DNA of 64,000 bases, taken from assembly GCA_964019335.1 (NCBI GenBank), contig OZ025751.1:237279-301278 (forward strand), in the 5' to 3' direction. Source of the DNA: Diplonema japonicum (taxonomy: Eukaryota > Protista > Euglenozoa: Diplonemea). Positions 1-10,547 of the stretch are shown one piece after another. Under the pieces are notes generated by a model. The model saw only the letters and a program-made list of their open reading frames with translations, was not told where the DNA came from and ran no database searches. Made by a program: the position numbers and the translations under genes. Every line of letters begins with the position of its first letter. The first letter of the stretch is position 1.

Positions 1-514
1 TCGCGAACGCAGCGAACGGCCCTAGCCAAGCAAAGAAGAGGGTTCCTGCATTTGTTTTTCCTGAAACAAAAAGCAATTACGCCGGGGATGGCAAACCCGT
101 GGATGCCGGTACCTGAGTGGCAAAAATATTTAAGAGATAAGGCGATGCAGGACCCAAAATATCACCAGCATTTTTTTGACGAGATTAACCCCGAAGCGAA
201 CAGGAAGGGTAGAAAGGCAGAGGTTTTTTTCCTCACCATCGTGGTTGTTGTACTAAACCTGTACTTATGGGTTTTGTCTATCCGGACTCGATCGCTGCAA
301 ATCGAGTGCCTGAAAATAGAAGAGACCCAATCAAAATTCGTGTCAAAATTGATAATTTCTGACGAGGGCCTACTCAAGGAGATTGTAGCAGCCGTGGACA
401 GGGTGGGAGCTGAAAAAAATATAAAGTATGAAAACAGTGGGGGAAAAAAAATAAAAAAATCCCCACAGAAAACGAAAAGCTGTGTATGAGCAAGAGTTCC
501 AAGGACTTTTGTGA
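1..514 (+). CDS. 5'-partial hypothetical single-pass membrane protein; probable intron 426-468
   Basis: Frame is open from base 1 and has a hydrophobic stretch (VFFLTIVVVVLNLYLWVL). Removing GTATG...CCCCACAG (426-468) gives the ending ...KKRKAVYEQEFQGLL*, with TGA at 512-514. Confidence 0.5.
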
Positions 515-605
515 TATATATATATATATTTTCCCCCCCCCCCCAAACGTACATTTTAAAAAAAAAATAATAATAACAACAACAAGGAGGGAAAAAGAGG
601 GGTAT

Positions 606-2861
606 ATGGACCCGCTCATACCTGCTGCGGAGCTGTCTCATATTTCGGGGGAAACCTACCTCGATTATGCTGGAGCAGGCCTGTACTGTCAAAGCCAGGT
701 TGAAGCGTTGTATAAGGATTTAAAAGAAGGCGGTTATGGAAACCCACACAGCAAGAACAGCAAGGGAAAGAGATCAAGAGATACAGCGGAACAGTTGAAG
801 CGACAGATTCTCACCGAACTCAACACCGATAGCGACAGATACGAGGTGGTCATCACGTCGGGAGCAACGGGAGGGTTAAAGATAGTGGGACAGAGCTTTC
901 CATTCACAGAAGATTCTGTTTATGGTGTTCACCAGCACAACCACAACTCTGTTCTGGGAATACGGCGGTGTTGCTTGTCAAAAAACGGAAAGTACAAATG
1001 TTTTCCGAAAGAAGAATTTCCCCCGGTAGAATCCTCTACAACGAAACCGTCTCTCCTCGCCGCCCCGCTTCTCTGCAACTTCTCCGGGCTTATAACAGAT
1101 CTAACATGGTGCGGCATGGCAAGACAACAAGGATGGTACACTCTCGTCGATGCCGCCGCCGCATTCTGCAAAATGAAAATCGATCTTTCAAGCCCCTCCT
1201 GCCAGCCGGACTTCATGGTTCTATCTTTCTACAAAGCATTTGGAATGCCCACTGGAATGGGTGTTCTTATCATACGCAAACCAGCTTTACAAATTCTTCG
1301 TAAAAACTACTTCGGTGGAGGGACGTTAAGCGCGTGTACCGCTGATGTACCATGGGAGGTTTTCCGGCAAGGGTCAGACGGGTATGAAGACGGCACTCCA
1401 TCGTTCCTCGACGCGGGAACAGCGCTTTTTGGAATGAAGATGATGGAGAAGCTGTCGGTGGAGGTTGTTGAGTCTCGCATGAGAATACTGACGAAGACTC
1501 TGTTGCAAACGATACGCGGGGCAACACACAGCAACGGAACCCCGTTGGCCGTGGTGTACGGTCACACCCCTGACACAAGAAAATACAGCTGCGTGGTAGC
1601 CTTCAATCTCATCGACGAATCCCGTTCGCCTATCGGGTACGCCGCCGTTGTGGAAGCAGCCGACATCCACGACATTCAATTAAGAGGAGGGTGTTTCTGC
1701 AACCCTGGTGCGTGTCACTCGTACCTCAATATCAGTCCAGAAGAAGCGAAAAATCATGAAACAGAAGGCCATGTCTGCGGTGACGCCAAGGACATCATCA
1801 ATGGCAAGCCTACCGGCGCCGTCCGTGCCAGCATCGGGCCCTACACAACCGAGGACGATATTTCAAAACTGGGTTTGTTTTTGCAAACCTGTTTTCTTCA
1901 TGATGATGGGGATCAAGGCAGGCTTCACCCTGCAGAACATAGCAAACCGTGTGTTGTCACAGACCTCTACCTCTACCCTGTGAAGGGCGCAAGAGCCGTT
2001 CAAATAACAAACACATGGCCGGTGACGCCGACGGGGCTTTTATTCGACAGGGTGTGGTGTGTTTGTAGGTCGTCTTCACCGATTGCAGCCACCCGGAAGA
2101 CCATCCCTGGGCTCAGCGAGATACAGCCTTTTATCGATGTGTCCCGTGGCGTGTTGATTCTGGGGCATCTTCCGAGCAAACAGTATATTGAATGCCCGCT
2201 TTCCCCGCCGGACAACAAACAACAAGAACTTGGATTAAGCCGAGACGTGAATGTGCGGGGCACGAAGGGCTCCGTGTTGCTGTGTTCTGATGATGTCAAC
2301 ACATGGTTGAGCGAAAAGCTCGGTGAGCCAGGCTTGACGTTATGCTACAAGGAACAAGGAAATTTATCGAACACAGGTGCCTTTCTTGTTGTGAATGATG
2401 AATCTGTCGAGAGGTTAAGAGAGACATCCCCGCAAGGGTGTGCCGTGCAGAAAGAGGTCTTCCGCCCGAATATTGTCCTGCAGACGGGGTCGGCATGGGC
2501 AGAGGATGAGTGGAGGGAGCTTCGGTTCAAGGGATTCACATTGACAGATTTTGAACCGTGTGTAAGGTGCTCTCAGATTAACATCCCGACGGAGCCCCCT
2601 TACACGCCTTCGCGGGATCAAGAGCCGCTCCGGACCTTGCTTCGAACTCGGAAGGTTAAGGGCAAGCCCATTTTCGGCGCCACCGCCTCCATCGCTGGCC
2701 CTTCCTTTTCGTCATCGATGACAACTAACCTGTCCCCTCTCCCATCCCACCCCCCTGTCTCCCCGGCGGTGTACTTCACAGGCACCCAAACACCCCTCAT
2801 CATGAAGGGGTGTCCGCACATCAGCGTCGGCGACGAATTCACCACCATCGGAAGGGGGTGA
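606..2861 (+). CDS. MOCOS: Molybdenum cofactor sulfurase (NifS-like PLP domain + MOSC)
   Basis: Motifs YLDYAGA, GNPHS, SFYK (PLP Lys), GGCFCNPG (persulfide Cys), LYPVKG, DRVWC, FRPNI, CVRC. ATG 606 chosen because the upstream part of the ORF is homopolymer sequence. Confidence 0.93.
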   Translation: MDPLIPAAELSHISGETYLDYAGAGLYCQSQVEALYKDLKEGGYGNPHSKNSKGKRSRDTAEQLKRQILTELNTDSDRYEVVITSGATGGLKIVGQSFPFTEDSVYGVHQHNHNSVLGIRRCCLSKNGKYKCFPKEEFPPVESSTTKPSLLAAPLLCNFSGLITDLTWCGMARQQGWYTLVDAAAAFCKMKIDLSSPSCQPDFMVLSFYKAFGMPTGMGVLIIRKPALQILRKNYFGGGTLSACTADVPWEVFRQGSDGYEDGTPSFLDAGTALFGMKMMEKLSVEVVESRMRILTKTLLQTIRGATHSNGTPLAVVYGHTPDTRKYSCVVAFNLIDESRSPIGYAAVVEAADIHDIQLRGGCFCNPGACHSYLNISPEEAKNHETEGHVCGDAKDIINGKPTGAVRASIGPYTTEDDISKLGLFLQTCFLHDDGDQGRLHPAEHSKPCVVTDLYLYPVKGARAVQITNTWPVTPTGLLFDRVWCVCRSSSPIAATRKTIPGLSEIQPFIDVSRGVLILGHLPSKQYIECPLSPPDNKQQELGLSRDVNVRGTKGSVLLCSDDVNTWLSEKLGEPGLTLCYKEQGNLSNTGAFLVVNDESVERLRETSPQGCAVQKEVFRPNIVLQTGSAWAEDEWRELRFKGFTLTDFEPCVRCSQINIPTEPPYTPSRDQEPLRTLLRTRKVKGKPIFGATASIAGPSFSSSMTTNLSPLPSHPPVSPAVYFTGTQTPLIMKGCPHISVGDEFTTIGRG

Positions 2862-3094
2862 GGGGGGAGGAGAAAATTACGCGTGTTTTTTTTTTCTTTT
2901 TTTTTTTACTCCTTTTTTTGGGGGTCACCCCCCCCTTTTTTTTTGCTTCTTCTCCTTCGAGATCAAAAACGAAGAGAGAAAAAAAAAAGAAAAGAAAAAA
3001 AACCTCTCTCATGGTTTACGTGTTTTTTTTTTTTTTTTTTCCCACACACTTTCCATCATGTTGCCAACCCTACAACAGGACCGCCCCGGGGGGA

Positions 3095-3901
3095 ATGGCT
3101 GATCCGGAAATGGAGAGCCTTGCGGCCTCGGAAAGAACACTTGATGAAGTCGACCGGCAGATTGTGGAGAAGAGGGAAGCTGTGAGGGTGCTAATGACCG
3201 AGATCACCATGTTAGAGGGCGAGAGGGACGGGCTCGCGTTGAGGGTGAGGGAACAGCGGGTGGCGGTGAACGATAAACTGGTGCTGCTGGCCGCACAGTG
3301 CCAGATGGGTATCGCGGCACAACAACAAAACACGCAAGCTGCCGTGCAACAGACCATCTTAGAAGAGAAGGTACGGATGTTGGAGAGCGATCTCATGACC
3401 GCAAGACAAAACTCAGAAGGCCTGGTCTCAAGCCTCACCGACAAGCTCCACAAAGCCGATGAAGCCACTGAAGAAGCCCGTGCTTTGAAAGGTCTCCTCC
3501 TCCAAAAGCGTTGCTTCCAATGCCATAACCAGATGACATGTCAGTGCGAAGGGTTTGCCGTCCTCGGCATCGAGGTGGCCGATGCATCAAAGTTCAATCT
3601 GGACGGTGTCTGGGTTATCTCCACTGTTGACCACGGCCCTTGCAACCTTGCAGGCATCCTCCCTGGAGACGTACTTTACGAGTTTGAAGGCATCTCCATA
3701 TCGAACAGGAAGGATCTTCGGAGCTGTCTCTCTAGTTGCAAGCCGCAGCAACAGGTGATCCTCACCGTAACCCGCGACCCCGGGAACGCCGCCCCCGTGC
3801 AGACCCGTGTCTCCGTCAGCCTCGGGTCCTCGCACACAAAACAGCAAAACGTCCGCAAAGTTCGAATGAGAAGCGCCTCGCCTTCTCCCACCCGGTTGTA
3901 A
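3095..3901 (+). CDS. Coiled-coil + C-terminal PDZ-domain protein
   Basis: Heptad-rich N-terminus, then a PDZ-like segment LGIEV...GVWVISTV..GPCNLAGILPGDVLYEFEG. Candidate trans-splice AG at 3077-3078. Confidence 0.75.
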   Translation: MADPEMESLAASERTLDEVDRQIVEKREAVRVLMTEITMLEGERDGLALRVREQRVAVNDKLVLLAAQCQMGIAAQQQNTQAAVQQTILEEKVRMLESDLMTARQNSEGLVSSLTDKLHKADEATEEARALKGLLLQKRCFQCHNQMTCQCEGFAVLGIEVADASKFNLDGVWVISTVDHGPCNLAGILPGDVLYEFEGISISNRKDLRSCLSSCKPQQQVILTVTRDPGNAAPVQTRVSVSLGSSHTKQQNVRKVRMRSASPSPTRL

Positions 3902-4048
3902 AAAAAAAATCTTTTTTTTTTGTAGTTATTGTTGTTGTTGTACCCTTAGTATTGTAGTTTTTTTTTTTTTTTTTTTTTTTTGTTTTGTCTGCAAATCGAG
4001 CTGGGAGGAAACAAACAAAGAAAAGGCAGCGGCGGAGGGCGTTGCAGT

Positions 4049-4094
<46 letters not shown>

Positions 4095-4095
4095 T

Positions 4096-5356
4096 ATGAA
4101 CGTCCGGGGGAGTTTCAAGGATGCCAGGCGCATCATGATAAAGGTGGGGAGCAACGTTTTGACGAACGAACAGGGCCGGTTGTCCATCGGGAGGATAGGG
4201 CACATCGTCGAACAAATTGCAAAACTAGTCCTTCAGGACGGGAAGGAGGTCATCCTAGTGAGCAGCGGGGCCGTGGCGGTGGGGAGGAGAAGGCTCGAGT
4301 TCCAACGAAGACTGAGCAGAAGCATCCTGCACACCGACAAGGTCACCGTTCCCACAAACCGCGCAGCCGCATCCGCCGGCCAAGCAGCCTTCATGGCTTT
4401 GTACGAGCAGATGTTCGCCCAGTTCGACCTGATGGTGGGAAATGTACTACTCACCCATTCAGACCTTAGTTCACCCCAACACATAAGCACCTTTGCAAAC
4501 ACAATCGACGAACTTTTGAAATGCTCGATCATCCCAGTGCTTAACGAGAACGACGTGACGAACCAGCTCATCGCGAACGCCCCAGCATGGTTTGCCGACA
4601 ACGATTCCCTCTCAGCCAAGCTTGCCACAGATCTCGACGCGCAACTGTTGCTTCTCCTGACAGACATCGATGGTGTCTACACAAAGCCGCCTGGCGAGAA
4701 GGGTGGGTACCTCCTCGATTACTACTCACCAGCCATCGACACCATTAAGTTCGGTGAGGTGTCGAGCAGAGGCCGTGGTGGGATGGAGTCGAAGATCCGC
4801 GCTGCAACCCTCGCCTCCCAGAGAGGCGTTGATGTTGTCGTTGCGTCTGGCTACGAACGCAATGTCATAGACCGCCTGTTCGCAGGCGAGGTCATGGGTA
4901 CTGTCTTCACAGAGAAGTGGGAAATGCAAGCTTTGACACCAAGACAGACCTGTGCAAAGGCGAACCAATGTAAATCGGAGCTGCACACGATGTCAGGGTC
5001 AACACGATCCGATCTTTTGCGTGGTATCTCTGAAGCCATGATACGGGATGCGCCTGCGATACTCGAGGCGAACAATGCTGACATCTCCGCTGCTCCTGAG
5101 ATGCGGTCGAAGCTTGAGCTGGACCTTGACGCCATTAAGGCCATCGCGAAGAGTACCTCGATGCTCGCCAACTCCCCCGACCCTGTCGGTGCCATCCTTG
5201 AGCAGCGTGAACTTACAGACGGGCTCACACTGAACAGAACCACCTCCCCACTTGGGGTGGTGCTTGCCCTTGGTGATGCTCCGGAAGTGTTCCCTCAGGC
5301 TGTGTCTCTCGCGATGCGGACGGGCAATGCATTGATATTCTACGATGGTGTGAGTA

Positions 5357-5391
<35 letters not shown>

Positions 5392-6487
5392 TAACCCTTC
5401 CCACAGTAAGCGGTCATGCAAGGAATACCTACGAGGCGTTCTGCACCACCATCAGGACAGTGACACATGGAAGATATCCAGCAGACGCAGTATGGATTTT
5501 TTTTTTTTTTTTTTTTTTTTTAATGCCCATTTTCAAAAAAAAAAAAAAAAAAAAACCAAAAAAAAAAAAAAAACAGATCCAACTGCTAGGAAGGGAAGTC
5601 GACCTCACCCGCCTCGTGACACAGAAGGAAGACCTCATCGACGTGATACTGATACGAGGGTAATGCGGGAAAAAAGAAAAAGAAAAAAAAAGAAAAAGAA
5701 AAAAATAATATAAAGGTCTCGAGAGCTAGCTAGGAAGATAACAGACCAAACAAGAGTACCTGTACTAGGCGCGGGGAATGGATGTGTGTCTCATGTGTAT
5801 ATTGACGAAGCTGCGGATGTGGAGAAAGCAGTGGCCATCGTGCTGGACAGCAAGGCGACAAAGGGAAGGCCTGGGTGTAACATAGGTCCCACGAACCTGG
5901 TGTACAACGCAATGGATGTCTTGCTGATACACGAGAGCTTCCCATCGGAGTCCAGATCCAAGCTTGTGAGGGCACTGAGTGAGGCTAAGGTACGATTGTA
6001 TGGCGGTCCAAACGCTGCTGTAAACCTTGGGCTCAGCGAGGCGCCAAGTCTTGAAACAGAGTGGGGAGCACAACTTGCTGCCACAATTGAAATTGTAGGA
6101 TCAACGCAAGAAGCTGTGAAAATCATAAATTCAAACGGTGCTGGTACAGCCGATGTTATTGTAACAGAAAATCCTCAATCCGCAGAGATTTTTCTCAATG
6201 AGGTGGATTCTGCTTGTATTTTCCAGAATGCTTCCACACGTTTTGCTGATGGATACCGTCTTGGGATAGGTGCTGAGACAGGCGTCTCGACCAGAAGGAT
6301 CCACACAAGAGGCCCTGCAGGGATAAAGGGTCTCCTCACGTCACGATGGGTTGTGAAGTCAGATTCGTGCCACACAATCCAACAAGAGATGGAAGGAAAG
6401 TGGGCTTATGTCCACAGGGAACTCCCTTCTTCATATGATGATGTTGATGCTGATAGTGATGGTTGTGGAAAAGTTTCTGATGCTTGA
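4096..6487 (+). CDS. P5CS: Bifunctional delta-1-pyrroline-5-carboxylate synthase (glutamate 5-kinase + gamma-glutamyl phosphate reductase); exons 4096-5347, 5407-5489, 5577-5659, 5716-6487 (729 aa)
   Basis: G5K motifs IKVGS, VSSGAV, NENDV, DNDSLSA, GRGGM. GPR motifs HVYIDE, NASTRFADG, HTRGP. Three GT-AG introns (5348-5406, 5490-5576, 5660-5715) restore one continuous frame. Confidence 0.9.
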
Positions 6488-7545
6488 AAAAAAAACTTTT
6501 TTTTTTCCCTCTGCTGTCTACCACCGCCTCCTGCATTTTTTTTTTCCCTCTTTGGAAAAAAAAATGTGGTTTTTTTTTTTTTTTTTTTTTTTTTTGCGAG
6601 AAAAAAAAAGAGAGCGTGGTGATATGCTGGAATGGGGGGTGTGTTTTTTTTTTTGTTTCATTTTTTTTTAAATTTCTTCTCTTTCTTTTTCTTTTTTCCT
6701 TCCCCCCCCCCCGCAGCGCATTTTTATTCCAAATTTATGTCGCTTTTTTATATTTATTATTTGTGTGTTTTTTTAAATTTTTAAATACTCGTTTTTTTTT
6801 CTTTTTTTCTTTCTTCTCCTGAAACGCTCCGGTCCGCCTTTCTGTGTGCACCGATCCTTTGTTCGAATACACCGTCCTCCCCCCCCCCCCCCCCCTCTAG
6901 AACGTGTAGTTACCCTTTTTTAAAAAAGATTTTTCTTTGCATAAAAAAAAAAGAAAAAGAGAAAAAAAAAAACATGGAAAGAAAAGAAAAAAAGTGAATC
7001 GGAGAGTCAAAAGACAAATTAAAAAAAAAACCCCTTTCTTGTGAAAATAGGGTCATCGTGACCCTCACCTTTAAAAAAAAAAAATCGGGGCGAAATTCTT
7101 TGTGGTAGGTGTCGATTGCCCCTGGAAAAAAAAACCCCCCGCATTTTAACTTTTTTTTTGTTCTAATCTTTTTTTTATTTCTTGCGTGTGGAATTTTTTT
7201 GTTCAACGTTCATGTCTCTGAAGAACCTCAAGCACACTGTGCCTCCAGCTCAGATGAGGCACTTTCGACTTTAAGCATTGTGCTCCTGGACAGCTTTAGA
7301 GACACGTGGTACAATCGGGGTAAAAAAAAAAACTTTTTTTATTTTGTTTCTTCCTTTCCTTCACCTTTCCCTTTTCCTTTCATCCCCCCTTTTTTTTGAT
7401 ATTGGGGAAAAAAAAAAGGAAAATGACACTCGTTCGCTCCTAAAGAGAAAAAAACAAAAAAAATAACTATAACACCTGCCTATATCCCCCCCCCCTCGCG
7501 CTGTTCACCCGAGTAGTACGTAAAAGGAAAAAAAAAAAAAAAAAA

Positions 7546-8430
7546 ATGACGGGCAGGCCTCAAAGGTTGCCTGGGTACTCCATGAAGGGAGATGAGGAGA
7601 TGTGGGATGCGCATCTAAAAAGGGTGCTGGGCCAACTTCAAATGATCTACCACAAGGTGATCCTTCCAGTCGAGGAAAAGTTCAAATTCGACACCTTCAG
7701 ACCAAGCTGGTTCGCGGAGACACTAGTACAGACAAAGCCCTTCGTGACGTTCATGGGTCCGTTTTCTTCCGGAAAATCCACGTTTATCAACCACCTTCTT
7801 GAAAGCAATTATCTATGGACAGGTCCACAGCCCACAACAGACAAGTTCACGGTTGTACTACACGGCGACCAACCGCAACAAATCGGAGGAAGGGTGTTAG
7901 CAAACCAACAGGACTTACCATTTAGAGGTTTAAACGCTTTTGGCGACCAGTTTCTAGAACACCTTGACGGGTACCAGATTGACCACGAACTCCTCCGATC
8001 GGTAACCCTAGTAGACACACCTGGTGTTTTAGAGGCTGCTGGTGACATTCACAGCCGGCGGTATGATTATATTAAAGTGTGCAGATGGTTTGTGGAACGA
8101 TCAGACCTTGTCTTTGTGTTGTTCGACCCTACTAAGCTGGATGCTGGTATTGAACTGAAGATGCTTTTCAAGCACGCGCTTAAGGGGAACGAGTCGAAAA
8201 TTAGGATTATTCTCAACAAGGCGGATTCTATCGGGTCGCAGGAGCTCATGCGGGTGTACGGGTCGCTGTTTTGGAACCTTTCTAACATGATTAATGCCAC
8301 GGAGCCGCCGCGTGTGTTTGTTGGGTCCTTCTGGGACAAGCCTTACCGTCCAAATACCAACCACGCTCTGTTCACGGAGGAGAAATCAGATCTTTTATAT
8401 GATTTGACAGAGGTTTGCTTTGCAGGGAGG

Positions 8431-8461
<31 letters not shown>

Positions 8462-9149
8462 AGACGGTTCCCCTTCAGAGTCTTGACAAACGTGTGACGT
8501 CTGTTCTCAGGCGAGCAAAGGAGGTACTTGTTCACGCGTTGGTTTGCAGCATGCTGAAACAAGGGATGCCCAAGTTCTTCGGGAAGGACAAGGCGAAGAA
8601 AGAGGCCATTAACAATATTAAAAAGGTATGGATGGGTAAGCCCCCCCCCCCCCCCCCCCCCCTGATTCAAAAAAAAACACAGATCTACCAAGATGTGCAG
8701 CTTAAGTTCAAGTTTGTTACAAGCAACGACTTTGCGGACGAACAAGAGTACTTTGTATGAGACAGGGAAAAAGAAAATATTTTCTTTTACAAACACACAA
8801 GGCTTTCTTCGAAAAAGTTGACCTTCTTGAACTGCCACGTTTTGAGAGGATGGAGAAGGAGGGGCAGATCGCTGCGATGAAGAAGGTAAAAGAAAAAAAA
8901 ATTTTTTTATGAAAAAAAAAAAAAAAAACAGATCATCGAAAAGGACCTCCCCGAGCTTTTGCAGCCTATTAAATCGGCGAGCACAGTGGACCCCAGGGAC
9001 AGGTAATGGCTTCCTCCCCCTCTCAAAAAAATAAGAAACCCTCCTCCCTACAGGAAACAAGCAAGAGATGTACAGGACAGGTACCATGACACAATGGCTA
9101 AGCAACTGGCAGGGAAACAGGGCCAGCAAGGAGCTATTGGTAATTTTGG

Positions 9150-9180
<31 letters not shown>

Positions 9181-9615
9181 TCAGGCGAGATGGGTCCTTC
9201 AGCATGGAGAAAGGGTGTCAACGACACCGCCATGGGGAAAGAAATTGGGTACAATCCAACTACTGCCAATATCGGGCAAGGAGCGACAGCTCCCTCCGCT
9301 CCGCAGCAGGAATTTGAGGCACCGGCAGCACCGGCACCGGTAGCTCAGGTTGCTACGGCACCTCCACAGCCAGCGGCAACACCTGCACCTGCAGCTGGGA
9401 TGGACATGGGGCAAATGCAGCAAATGATGCAGATGATGCAAATGATGCAGCAGATGCAGCCCGGTGGTGCTGCTCCTGCTGCCGCAGCTCCAGGTGGAAT
9501 GGACCCTATGATGCAGCAGATGATGATGGCACAAATGGCGGGTGGTGCAGCAGCTCCTGCAGCCGCAGCCCCAGCCCCCGCTCCTACACAAACTACCCCC
9601 CCTCCTGAAGAATAA
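7546..9615 (+). CDS. EHD/sarcalumenin-like dynamin-family NTPase with a Pro/Ala/Met/Gln-rich tail; exons 7546-8412, 8464-8625, 8683-8754, 8802-8885, 8932-9002, 9054-9139, 9185-9615 (590 aa)
   Basis: Motifs GPFSSGKST, GPQPTTDKF, DTPG, NKAD, LMRVYGSLFWNL, VGSFW. Six 45-57 nt GT-AG introns join the fragments into one frame. No EH domain recognised. Confidence 0.88.
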
Positions 9616-9790
9616 AATCGATTTCAACAAACGTGTTTTTTTTTTTAAAATTTTTTTTTGATCGGCAACTAAAAAGTGTTTTTTTTTATTGTGGTTCTTG
9701 CGCTTGAAAAGAAAAAAAGAACAAAAGAAAAAAATATATATATATAAAAAGATTATCGTCGGGATGTGTATTTTTCTTCTTTTTTTTTAT

Positions 9791-10060
9791 AGGTGGTGGG
9801 GATAACATGGAAATATAAGAAGTACATCAGATGTGTTGTTCGCTGTTGACCTCCTCGTCGGTCATCACCGGTAGCGCCCGAGTGGAAGAACGTAACGCAG
9901 ATGCTCAGGGTGACGAACAGGCAGCAAACTGCACGAGCGCAGAATCTTGGTTACCCGGGACGCCCCGGCTAGGGTTGAGCACACCGCATGCTTAAGGACA
10001 CGACGCGGAACGCAGAAGAAGCTACTGCTCGGCCGTGGAGCGCCCCCTGTAATCAAGTAG
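9791..10060. repeat. Dispersed ~270-bp repeat, copy 1 (copy 2 at 59418-59691)
   Basis: Co-linear high similarity from aggtggtggggataacat to cccctgtaatcaagtag in both places. Confidence 0.9.
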
Positions 10061-10547
10061 GTATTTCGTGCTTCGTTGCACGCTTAACGCCACCTAGTGT
10101 TGCAATCAAAGCCCCATTTTTTTTCTTTTTGTATTTCCCCCGTATATAAAAAAAAGGACAAAGTAGGGTGTGGTTTCAAGAAAAAGAAAAAAAGAAGAAA
10201 AAAAGGCAGCTCCTTTTTTTAAACAGTAATTCGCCCACAGTTTCCTTGTGGTTTTTTTTTTTTTTTTGCCCCCTCCTTTCTCCTTTTTTTTTTGCTATGG
10301 TTCTGTCTTTTTTTTTTCCCTTCTTTCTTTCCTGTTGTCTTTCCGTGTTTTCTTTTTTTTTTTTTTGTTTTTTGCCCCTGTTTTCTTTTTGTTTCATTCT
10401 ATTCCACACGCCAAAAAAAAAATAAAAAAAAGACTGTTTCTTCTCTTTGATATTTATTTCCCTCCCCCCCCCCCCTCTCCCCCTTGAAAAAAAAAATTAA
10501 GGAGGGGAAGAAGAAAAAAAAAAGAAGAAACCCCATACAAAAAAAAA

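Noticed and set aside
486-605. N-terminal extensions given by the ORF track (also 2810, 3985, 14326, 23469, 29737, 62290)
   Set aside because: They run through homopolymer UTR or spacer sequence. Downstream ATGs fit the domain starts or signal peptides.
5348-5715. Alternative genetic code or stop readthrough to explain broken ORFs
   Set aside because: Canonical GT-AG introns explain the breaks, and TAA, TAG and TGA all serve as normal stops. Only the SelO TGA has recoding support.
6408-7466. Phe/Lys-rich short ORFs here and in other spacers
   Set aside because: Translations of poly(T)/poly(A) tracts, not protein-like.
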